DNA from: Acidobacteriota bacterium
GTDB taxonomy: Bacteria; Acidobacteriota; UBA6911; RPQK01; JAJDTT01
Direction of reading: 5' to 3'
Assembly (NCBI GenBank): GCA_963668095.1
Contig: OY764083.1
Span: forward strand, 1,521,085 to 1,585,084
Length of the DNA: 64,000 bases
In this document: positions 56,134 to 64,000 of the stretch, piece by piece
Layout: each line of letters opens with the position of its first letter
How positions within the stretch are numbered: the first letter of the stretch is position 1
Notes under the pieces: model-generated
Told to the model about the DNA's origin: nothing
Seen by the model: only the letters and a program-made list of their open reading frames with translations
The model's database searches: none
Translations under genes and position numbers: made by a program

Positions 56134-57885
56134 ATGCTAGGATTGGCTCTTGATCGGCCTGAGTTAGTAGATCAGGATCCATCGAGCGTTCCAACAGCTG
56201 ACGATGTGGCCATAAGTAAGGCCCCTGATGCTGTGCATGTCCTACGCGCAATCGGGCAGGAACAATATGCTGTGCAGTACGCCTATGAAGTGATTCGCCA
56301 TAATTTTCAGAATCCGGATGCGCACAAGGCATTCATTCTAGCTTTATCTCCGTTCCCGAACGAGCCAGAGCTGGAAGAGCCAGTACGGGTCGGAACGGGG
56401 GTCGCAGTATGTTATGTGGAGCAGGGAGACTCTACCCCTCACTGGATTATCGTCGAAGACTCGCCAGAACCTGCATCGCAGTTCGCAGAACCCGAACTGT
56501 CACCCGATCACGGAATCTGTAAGGGCATGATCGGCAAGAAAGTAGGAGACACTTTTGTCCTCGCCAAAGGCATCCAGGATCGCGTCGCCACAATCACGCA
56601 AATCCAGAATAAATATGTCCATCGATTTCAAGACTGCACGGGACAGTGGCAGGTGAGGTTTCCAGAGTTACCGTACCTACAGGCTGTCAGGATTGCGAAA
56701 CAAACTGGCAAGTCGAATGAGGCAGAATCGGACTTTAGCGCAATTCTTAAGTCCCTTGATCAACGTTATGAACATGTAAAACGGATTCAAGGAATTTACA
56801 AAGAGAACCTAACCCCTCTTTATATATTCGGAAAACCTTTTGGCAAGAATGCTTTTGAAGCGATCCGGCATCTTGCGTTGTCATGCGATGTATCGGTCAA
56901 GTGCTGCGTTGGTACAATTGAAGAGCGTGAGGAAGCAGCGAAATCATTCAGGTCTTGCAATACAGTTGTTCTGGACATGAGCGCAATCTCTACGCTTTTC
57001 TTGCTGGATAGGCTCGATATTTTGAAGTCCTTGGTGGTCGATCTTGTAGTTTCCAAGGGCACAATGAGTGTGCTTAGAAACATGATCGCTAATGAGGCAC
57101 GGGGTTACTGCGGAAAATCAGGAGTAATGTTTAAGACGGACACAGGATACTCAATGGTGGAATCGACAGCCGTCCAACACGATAAGTACATCAAGTTACT
57201 GAGGCATCTTGTTGAAGTGTTAGAGAATAACTGCAAAATTAAATCGTGCAAGACGCTAGCTGCAATGAAGCCCGGGAATAGGGAAACGCTAATTGAGGTC
57301 TTTGGCCAATATGGGGCAGAAACAATTTTGCTGTCTGCCGTGCCGGGAGCCGTATTGTGGACTGATGATCAAGTGCAGGCAATGCTGGCCAGAAGCAAGT
57401 ACGGTGTGGCGCGAGTGTGGACGCAGTTTGTTATCGGGGTACGTGCAGAATCTGGCATGGTAAATCCCGAGGTCTATCTTGACGCAAGCGCCAAGCTTCT
57501 CGGATACGGGTATGACTTTTCTGTCGCAGATCCGGCAATTATAAGATGTGCGGGAGCCATTGCAGAGTGGAAGGTAGACGGCTGGCCCCTTTTACAAGCA
57601 CTGTCCACATTTTCTGACGAATCCGTCGATCTAAGGCAGGTGCTTGAGTTGGCAGCGGGATTTCTCAGGTTACTGTATCAAGACTCAATCCTTCCACAAA
57701 CTAAGTCGAATATCACCGTGAAGATTCTCGAAAACGTTGCGAAGAGAATGGGAGGAATTGAGGCAATTCAAAGCCTCCACAGAGCTCTTCCGAGAGTTTT
57801 TGGTGTAAATGTCGTTGGCTGTGCGGACGCGACAAAAACCATCGAAGCCTGGCTCAAGAGCGTTAACAATCGTCTGTTCATGTAG
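56134..57885 (+). CDS. hypothetical protein with GreA/GreB-C-like segment and C-terminal PIN-like domain
   Basis: Residues about 130-165 (GICKGMIGKKVGDTFVL...ATITQIQ) resemble the FKBP-like C-domain of GreA/B. VVLDMSAIS...LWTDDQ suggests a PIN-like fold. GC is about 48%. Confidence 0.4.
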   Translation: MLGLALDRPELVDQDPSSVPTADDVAISKAPDAVHVLRAIGQEQYAVQYAYEVIRHNFQNPDAHKAFILALSPFPNEPELEEPVRVGTGVAVCYVEQGDSTPHWIIVEDSPEPASQFAEPELSPDHGICKGMIGKKVGDTFVLAKGIQDRVATITQIQNKYVHRFQDCTGQWQVRFPELPYLQAVRIAKQTGKSNEAESDFSAILKSLDQRYEHVKRIQGIYKENLTPLYIFGKPFGKNAFEAIRHLALSCDVSVKCCVGTIEEREEAAKSFRSCNTVVLDMSAISTLFLLDRLDILKSLVVDLVVSKGTMSVLRNMIANEARGYCGKSGVMFKTDTGYSMVESTAVQHDKYIKLLRHLVEVLENNCKIKSCKTLAAMKPGNRETLIEVFGQYGAETILLSAVPGAVLWTDDQVQAMLARSKYGVARVWTQFVIGVRAESGMVNPEVYLDASAKLLGYGYDFSVADPAIIRCAGAIAEWKVDGWPLLQALSTFSDESVDLRQVLELAAGFLRLLYQDSILPQTKSNITVKILENVAKRMGGIEAIQSLHRALPRVFGVNVVGCADATKTIEAWLKSVNNRLFM

Positions 57886-57954
57886 AGAGTTCTCACCCGG
57901 CAAGTCCGATTTTCAAAGATTGGATCGGCTGGGGCAAGGGGCAGAAGCTACAAT

Positions 57955-58019
57955 AAAGCGGTGCCGGCTGGGGCCGCCAGCAGGATTTTCGACTTCTCTG
58001 AGGACCGGCACCGGTTTTT
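57955..58019 (+). terminator. structured Rho-independent terminator
   Basis: cggtgccgg ... ccggcaccgg with a nested gctgg/ccagc hairpin, followed by TTTTTT. Confidence 0.55.
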
Positions 58020-58074
58020 TAGACACACGGGTCCCTGAAAGCCGCCGTCTGACAATGGATGTCAAGGCTGCGCT

Positions 58075-58266
58075 CAGAGCAGCGGGAGGACCAGAACCAG
58101 CAATTTGAAGGTGGTGATCGAGAGGGCCACGTACTGTTGAAAATGGGGCCAGCCTTTCCAGGTGCAGCGTCGGAGACCGAAGACGCGCTTGAGCATCGAG
58201 ATGCAACCTTCGATGCCGGCGCGAAAGCGTCGCAGTTGCCGGTGGACTCAACCCAAGCGCACTATC
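58075..58266 (-). pseudogene. IS5-family transposase C-terminal fragment, truncated by IS1634 copy 2
   Basis: The translation ...IEGCISMLKRVFGLRRCTWKGWPHFQQYVALSITTFKLL* is the characteristic IS5/IS4 transposase C-terminus. The coding sequence stops abruptly at the IS1634 end. Confidence 0.6.
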
Positions 58267-60350
58267 TAGCCCGAGTTTACCGTGTTCGCGTCAGCATAGC
58301 ACTGCCCCAGTGCATGGGCTGACCGATTTCTCATCTTCAAGTTACTGATAGGAAAGAGTTTATCCACCCTGTCCGATTGATCCTTCCGGATGACTGAATT
58401 CCGCGTGTGTATGACCTAACACATATTGGTCTTGGACAAGTATGGTGTGGAAGTATCTATCTGATCCAAGGGGAAAATCTTTTTATTTCAGACGATGGAC
58501 CTTGACTCGCGCCTCTCTCTTCGCTAATGTATGACCTAACTATATGGCCAGCCTCGTCAAGAAGATCATCCGGGGCCACCCCTACTACTACGCCCGGGTC
58601 TGCAAGCGCGTCGACGGCAAGCCCAAGATCGTCTCCCAGACCTATCTCGGCCGCGCCGACAAGATCCTCGAGAAACTCCGGGCCGGACCCGTCCCCGCCC
58701 AGCCTCGGGAGGCCGTCGTGCGCGAGTTCGGCGCCTCCGCCGCCCTGCTCACCCTCGCCCGCCGCCTGCGGCTCGTCGAGCACATCGACCGCCATGTCCC
58801 CAAGCGCGGCTCCGGCCCCTCCGTCGGCCACTACCTGCTCGCCGCCGTCCTCAACCGCTGCCTCGCCCCCGGCTCCAAGGCCAGCCTCGCCCGCTGGTTC
58901 GATTCCACCGCCCTCACCCGCCTGCTCCCCCTGCGCTCCCGCCAGCTCACCAGCCAGCGCTTCTGGGACCACATGCACCGCATCCCCGTCTCTGCGATCC
59001 CGGCCATCGAACGCGACATCGTGACCGCCATGACCCGCGAGTTCGACCTCGATCTGCGCCAGGTGCTGTTTGACGCCACCAACTTCTTCACCTACATCGA
59101 TTCCTTCAACGAGCGCTCCCAACTGGCCCAGCGAGGCCACAGCAAGGAGGGCCGCAGGTCGTTGCGCATCATCGGCGTGGCGCTGCTGGTCACGGCCGAC
59201 TTCCGCCTGCCCCTGCTGCATCGCACCTATCCCGGCAACCGGCCCGATGCGCCGCTGTTCCAGAGCCTCGCCGCCGACTTGGCGCGGCGCTACCAGGAGA
59301 TCGCCGTCGGCGCCGAGACGGTCACCTTGGTCTTCGACAAGGGCAACAACTCGCGCGAGAACCTGGACTGGGTCGAGCGCGGCCCCTTCCACTTCATCGG
59401 CTCGCTGGTGCCGACCCAGCACCCGAACCTGCTGGCCGTGGCGGCCGACGAGATGCGCTCGCTGGAGGCCGACGGGTTGACCGGCGTGCGCGTCTACCGC
59501 ACCGAGTACGAGGTGTTCGGCGTCGAGCGCACGGTGCTGGTGATCTGGAACCAGGCGCTGTTCGACGCCCAGTGCCGGACGCTGCTGCGCGAGATCGCGA
59601 AGCGGCGCCAGCACCTGCGGGCGCTGCAGCAACGGTTGCGCCGCTGGCGCGACGGCAAGATCCGCGGGGGGCGCAAGCCGGGCGTCGCCACCACGCGCAA
59701 GAAGGTCGACGGCTGGCTGCGGGCCCGGCACATGCGGGACCTGTTCAACGTCCAGGTGCGTGAGGAGGACGGCCTGCCCAAGGTGAATTACCGGTTCCAG
59801 AGGGGCGCCTGGGAGCATCTGCAGCGCACGCTGCTGGGCAAGACCTTGCTGTTCACCGACCAGGCAGACTGGAGCGACGCCGAGTTAGTGCGGGGCTACC
59901 GGGCCCAACATCATGTCGAGAGCGCCTTCCGGCAGCTGAAGGACAGCGACTGTATCGCGATCCGGCCGCAATACCACTGGACGGACCAGAAGATCGCCGT
60001 GCATGTGTTCTGCTGCGTGCTGGCGCTGATGCTGTGCGGGCTGCTGCAGCGGGAACTGAGCCGCCACGGCGTGAAGGACTCAATTCCCGCACTGCTGGAC
60101 GCGCTCCGCGGAATCCGCGAGGTCGACGTGCTCTATCCCGCTCGGGAGGAAGGCAGCGAGCCCGAACTCAGGACGACGCTCTCGCAGATGGGGGCCGAAC
60201 AGCGGCGGATGTACGAAATCCTGGGCCTCGACAGCCACGCGATCCAACCCCTGCCGCAGCCTCGTTAGGTCATACGGACTGTCTTCTCTATGTCTATGAA
60301 ACAAAAGAACTTATCTGTATTCTGTGGTTCAACGTGGTAAACTCGGGTTA
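58267..60350 (+). mobile_element. IS1634-family insertion sequence, copy 2 (inverted relative to copy 1)
   Basis: 2084 bp carrying an identical 574-aa transposase at 58544-60268. Confidence 0.8.
58544..60268 (+). CDS. IS1634-family transposase (identical to 49404-51128)
   Basis: Identical translation. Confidence 0.8.
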   Translation: MASLVKKIIRGHPYYYARVCKRVDGKPKIVSQTYLGRADKILEKLRAGPVPAQPREAVVREFGASAALLTLARRLRLVEHIDRHVPKRGSGPSVGHYLLAAVLNRCLAPGSKASLARWFDSTALTRLLPLRSRQLTSQRFWDHMHRIPVSAIPAIERDIVTAMTREFDLDLRQVLFDATNFFTYIDSFNERSQLAQRGHSKEGRRSLRIIGVALLVTADFRLPLLHRTYPGNRPDAPLFQSLAADLARRYQEIAVGAETVTLVFDKGNNSRENLDWVERGPFHFIGSLVPTQHPNLLAVAADEMRSLEADGLTGVRVYRTEYEVFGVERTVLVIWNQALFDAQCRTLLREIAKRRQHLRALQQRLRRWRDGKIRGGRKPGVATTRKKVDGWLRARHMRDLFNVQVREEDGLPKVNYRFQRGAWEHLQRTLLGKTLLFTDQADWSDAELVRGYRAQHHVESAFRQLKDSDCIAIRPQYHWTDQKIAVHVFCCVLALMLCGLLQRELSRHGVKDSIPALLDALRGIREVDVLYPAREEGSEPELRTTLSQMGAEQRRMYEILGLDSHAIQPLPQPR

Positions 60351-60658
60351 GGCAAAGTAATTCAAAATCCCGTTCGTTCCGTGGTCTGTTGTGACTTTTG
60401 CGCATAAGCCTACCCACAATACTAATTGGAAAGAGATATAAGATAGCCAGAAAAAGGGGAACAGTTACCTCTCTCTAGCCGGGGGATCTCAACAGATACA
60501 AAGGTAATGGTCGTTTTCTGTGGCATAAGTGTTTTGACAACGACCATTTACAATACCACAGGAGCACGACATTATGGTCACACAGTGTACCAGAACAGAG
60601 GTCAGGGAGAAGCAGGCTGTCCCTTTCTCGCGCCCCATGTAGGACACGAGGTCGCAGA

Positions 60659-62491
60659 TCACGACACGGCCTCTTTTTCAAGACGATCCGGGTTCCATAT
60701 TCGTTCGGCCAGACAGCGATAGAGTTGCTGGCGTTCGTCCAGATCTTCCCTTCGGAAGTTTGTGTGCGACCTGAACTCTAACCCGCTCCTCTGGACGAAT
60801 CGTACGAATCCCGGGTCGCGATCGTACGCGTCGTCGTGGAGGCTCTGAGCAAGGAGGTTGTGTTTCAGATAGTGTGCACGCTTATCGGTGTAAGGGAGGT
60901 CGCCGTAGCTGGCGTTAAATGGCTTCGGAAGGAGCAGAAGCCCACCAATCCGATTGCGATACTCGGCGAAATCCGATGGGTGAGTAAAGTCATCGGTGTG
61001 GCGCTCGGGATGATCAGCCCATATATGCTCAATCTCATACCCCTTCTTTCCCCAGCGTCTAATGTACTCATGATAGCGAGAAGGTCGCCCGGAACTGGTC
61101 TCTACATAGTCCGTCATCCGAGCCAGGAGCCTATGGATCTGCGGACCATTTGTGCCATGGAGACGAAACCGATCATTGCTGGAAAAGATTTCCCTTTCGG
61201 CCGATAGCCGATTCCCGAGCAGGTCAATCAGCCTACCCACGTCCTTCCGCCGGATTTCGCGCATGACGAGGAACATGGCGTACTGCATTGTCGAGTAGTC
61301 GATCGCCCGCCAATTCCAGATTCGCCGCGTAATCAGAATGTCGAGATAGGCAGACACAACCCGCAGTTTGCGTAGGTTTTCCGACTCGCTGTCTCCCGAA
61401 TTCAAGGATGCGAGGAGAACTGGGTACTGAAGTGTAAAGTTGTTCTGCGCACAGAAATGGATGGCCTCCAGTCCATCAGTGAGCGTATCGGCAGCTCGAC
61501 GAAGTCGTTTATACCACCGGCCATAGAACGCGAAATCTTCCTCGATGAAGCGTGCAAACTCGCGACTTGACGCCAAGCCAAGTTCTTTCTCGTGCTCGCG
61601 TACCCAGCGATGAAACTCCGTACCGATACGATCGAAGTCCCGCGCGGTAGCACCTTTCTTCCTTTCACGAATGGTCTGGGCGTATTGGCTTCGGAGCCAT
61701 GCCTTGATTGCATCGGCGTCCTCGTCCTTTCCGACGTCTCGCAGCCTTGTCACTTCGTTCTGCCAGTGGCGGCTGGCGGCATTGCGCCTGTTGGGCTCGG
61801 TAATGTTTGCGAGAAGATAACCCTTCAGCATCTCGGTTGGCGTAAGAGAGAGTCCCCGGTCGTTCATGGTCTCGAAGATCGTGTAGGCATCCGCATCCGT
61901 GTATGCGGTGATCTCTACAAGATACACGTTCTCGATCAGCCAATCCGCGAAATGTGGAAGCGCTTTGGCAGCGATATCGCCGGGAAAGAGCTCTTCCACA
62001 TCCTGGTACCGGTGAACGATGTTGGCAACGGACTCCGGTTGGTCGGTCTCGTCGAACGGCGAGTCGTTGAAAAGTGCTCGCATACAAGCAGCACGTTCCG
62101 GGACATCAAGATTGAACGAGACCTGCCCGAATCTCTTGGAGAATATCAAGCCAGCAAGTTGAACTTTCTGATCGGCGTCAACCAGCGTTCGATAAATGTG
62201 TATTAGGATGAGGGTTAACGTTGTGAGTCGCTGCTGCCCGTCGATGACAAATTTGCGGCTGTCCTTGGCACTCACGATTATGGATCCGAGGAAGTAATGG
62301 CCATAGTTCTCGACATCGCTTTGGTCGTGGCCCTCGTCGTAGCTATCCTTGAACTTCTCGGTTAGATCCTCAAGAAGCTCTCTCACTTGTTTTCTTTGCC
62401 AACGATATTCTCGCTGGTAGTAGTCGATTGCGAACTTGGCATGGCCGAGTAAGGAGCGCAAGTTCTTGGCGTCGCCATGAATCTTCTTCAT
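60659..62491 (-). CDS. GmrSD-family type IV restriction-like protein (DUF262 + DUF1524)
   Basis: The N-terminus has DGQQRLTTLTLIL (DUF262) and the C-terminus has YEIEHIWADH (DUF1524). It has no AlbA_2 domain and GC is about 50%. Confidence 0.75.
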   Translation of the reverse strand: MKKIHGDAKNLRSLLGHAKFAIDYYQREYRWQRKQVRELLEDLTEKFKDSYDEGHDQSDVENYGHYFLGSIIVSAKDSRKFVIDGQQRLTTLTLILIHIYRTLVDADQKVQLAGLIFSKRFGQVSFNLDVPERAACMRALFNDSPFDETDQPESVANIVHRYQDVEELFPGDIAAKALPHFADWLIENVYLVEITAYTDADAYTIFETMNDRGLSLTPTEMLKGYLLANITEPNRRNAASRHWQNEVTRLRDVGKDEDADAIKAWLRSQYAQTIRERKKGATARDFDRIGTEFHRWVREHEKELGLASSREFARFIEEDFAFYGRWYKRLRRAADTLTDGLEAIHFCAQNNFTLQYPVLLASLNSGDSESENLRKLRVVSAYLDILITRRIWNWRAIDYSTMQYAMFLVMREIRRKDVGRLIDLLGNRLSAEREIFSSNDRFRLHGTNGPQIHRLLARMTDYVETSSGRPSRYHEYIRRWGKKGYEIEHIWADHPERHTDDFTHPSDFAEYRNRIGGLLLLPKPFNASYGDLPYTDKRAHYLKHNLLAQSLHDDAYDRDPGFVRFVQRSGLEFRSHTNFRREDLDERQQLYRCLAERIWNPDRLEKEAVS

Positions 62492-62499
62492 GTATTTCC

Positions 62500-62700
62500 T
62501 CCTCCGATGATCTCCGCGAACAGTTCGATTGTATCCGAGTCTGCCGCCAGAATATTGTCCAGGGTCCTAAGACTCACGTTTGTAGATATACCGATTGAAG
62601 CTGATCCCGTACGCGATCTTCACACTCTTGGGAACGTACCAAGTTTCCATTTCATACGGGAATACCTCACGGCGTGGGCACCTCTCAATACTGTATGCCA
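62500..62700 (-). pseudogene. hsdM 3'-terminal remnant
   Basis: About 75% nucleotide identity to the 3' end of hsdM at 44930-45080. The translation ...WYVPKSVKIAYGISFNRYIYK... matches HsdM ...WYPPKKVKIGYEISFNRYFYK.... Confidence 0.6.
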
Positions 62701-62704
62701 TTGG

Positions 62705-62968
62705 CCGGGCCATCGGTGTCTCCCCGAGGGCATCAACGAAATCGTCCTTGGCCGACGGTCGATCACGCCGCCCATGTCGTTTCATTTTAGCGCCTTCTAC
62801 GGTCAGTCGGACAAGCTCTGGCACGGCATCCAAGTCGAGTGCGACTTCCGCAAGCTGGCGGGGGACAGAAACCGACTGATTGCCGACATTAAACCGGCTG
62901 CGACCCTGGCAGCCCGTGGCGAGAGCCGCGACGGCACTCGACCTGCGCTGCATTCAGGTGAACGGTAA
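62705..62968 (+). pseudogene. higA 3' fragment (frameshifted)
   Basis: About 88% identical to 31045-31321, with a 1-nt deletion near the start of the match, so it lacks the HigA N-terminus. Confidence 0.65.
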
Positions 62969-63082
62969 CGACAGGCGGTCACAAGGGTCTCTGGTACAAG
63001 AGTTGCTCGCAATGCAGTGACACTTCGACCAGCAAAATCCCCGCCCGCCGTTCGTGGACGCGGTCACAGATGCCGAGGCATG

Positions 63083-64000
63083 TCAGGACGCCTCAGCGTA
63101 GCTAATCTCCAGGAAAACCTGATGGACCACAACCGGGTCCTGGTCGTGTTGGATGACGTTCTTGACGCGGCCGAAGGCTTGCTTCAGGAACTCGGCCGGA
63201 TCCGCGTTGGGGGGACCGATCAGACCCGCGAAGGGGCCGGCGGCAGGGACGTTCGAGATCAGGCCCACCTCGTTCATGCCGTTACGGGCCACACCCGCAG
63301 GGACTTGGAAATGAAACCAGTCCCCGTCCCGCTCGGGCTCGGGCAACAGGGTGTGGTTGAGCCGGACCCAGAGAGTGGCCCCCTTTCCGGCCTTGGCCGT
63401 GTAGACGCTCAGGCGCAGGCTGGCCTGCGAGTCTTCGGCGGCGGGTCCCAGGTGGAACCGCAGCTTCCTCTCGACCCGGTCCAAAACAATGGGCAGAGGC
63501 TCGGAGCAGTGATAAAACGGCCCACCGCTATGCGCCGTTGGGTTGATAGCGTAGACCTTGTCCTTGCCGGCCATCGTCTCGCGCTCTCCCAACTCGCTCA
63601 GCACCCCCTCGAACTCCTCTTCGGTCAGCGGCTGCGTCGGCTCATGTCGGAAATTGAACAGGTAGATCCCATCGGCGCCCTGGTCCAGGTAGTAGTCGGC
63701 ATACGCCCGCATTCCCTGGCGGAACAGAGGCTCGCCCCGCAGCGTCGCCCAAGCACCCGCCCGCATGGTATTGGGATTGATGGACGGATAAACCTGCACC
63801 CCCGTCTCCCCGGCCAGGCGCACCCATTGGCCGATGGCCAACTGGTCCGGCATGTATCCCAGGCCCACCAGCAGCGCGTCCACCAGCCCCTCCCGGGCCC
63901 AGGCCTCCACGTCCAGACCGATCTCCAGGTTGGTCTCCAGGGAATCCATCACGTGGACCGCCAGGGTGTAGGGCCGCCCCCGCTCGTCTCCGATGCCGTT
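63083..64000 (-). CDS. hypothetical protein, 5'-partial (runs off window end)
   Basis: The frame is open to position 64000. A 20-aa C-terminal remnant of a paralog lies at 28325-28385. Confidence 0.4.
   Translation of the reverse strand, partial: NGIGDERGRPYTLAVHVMDSLETNLEIGLDVEAWAREGLVDALLVGLGYMPDQLAIGQWVRLAGETGVQVYPSINPNTMRAGAWATLRGEPLFRQGMRAYADYYLDQGADGIYLFNFRHEPTQPLTEEEFEGVLSELGERETMAGKDKVYAINPTAHSGGPFYHCSEPLPIVLDRVERKLRFHLGPAAEDSQASLRLSVYTAKAGKGATLWVRLNHTLLPEPERDGDWFHFQVPAGVARNGMNEVGLISNVPAAGPFAGLIGPPNADPAEFLKQAFGRVKNVIQHDQDPVVVHQVFLEISYAEAS

Noticed and set aside
31321-62705. A tRNA-targeting integrative element with an integrase between the higA repeats
   Set aside because: No tyrosine or serine recombinase and no tRNA-like sequence were recognisable in the interval. 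The first 6 kb after higA look like ordinary chromosomal genes. This is kept only as a weak hypothesis in the findings.

Overview
This is a high-GC (about 63-66%) bacterial chromosomal segment, probably from a Gram-negative soil or sediment organism. I infer that from the TonB-dependent receptors with carboxypeptidase-regulatory-like N-domains, the PQQ dehydrogenases with c-type cytochromes, and the Tat/Sec signal peptides; the lineage could be Acidobacteriota- or Gemmatimonadota-like.

The first ~30 kb looks like core metabolism:
- a partial MFS transporter
- a class-III aminotransferase
- two Gfo/Idh/MocA oxidoreductases
- a CocE/NonD hydrolase
- two PQQ-dependent dehydrogenases interleaved with mono- and penta-heme cytochromes c
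- a PPK2 operon
- two sodium:solute symporters
- a metallophosphoesterase
- a HAO-like octaheme cytochrome with an NrfH/NapC-like partner
- two TonB-dependent receptors

This part is punctuated by type II toxin-antitoxin modules: ParDE is intact, VapBC and HigBA are degraded, BrnTA is intact, and there is a SprT-like/EEP pair with a partial duplication.

From about 37 kb onward the window becomes a compositionally patchy defense and mobile-element region:
- a GmrSD-family (DUF262+DUF1524) protein fused to a C-terminal AlbA_2/Schlafen-like domain
- a type I restriction-modification operon (hsdM-hsdS-hsdR) whose hsdR carries an in-frame amber stop, with a DUF433/DUF5615 pair embedded between hsdS and hsdR
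- an IS1182-family element abutting an IS1634-family element
- a second, identical inverted IS1634 copy 6.9 kb away

The two IS1634 copies bracket an N-truncated TPR/nuclease-like protein, an IS1595 transposase, an MT-A70 methyltransferase with an overlapping putative restriction endonuclease, and a GreA/B-C plus PIN-like protein. A second GmrSD gene abuts an hsdM remnant and a higA 3' fragment.

A short motif with the core GGGACAGTCAC recurs seven times, only in intergenic DNA and at module boundaries. Several other structured intergenic repeats are present, including a 120-bp REP-like element, a conserved GC hairpin and a perfect 19-bp palindrome. I recognised no rRNA, tRNA or CRISPR array.
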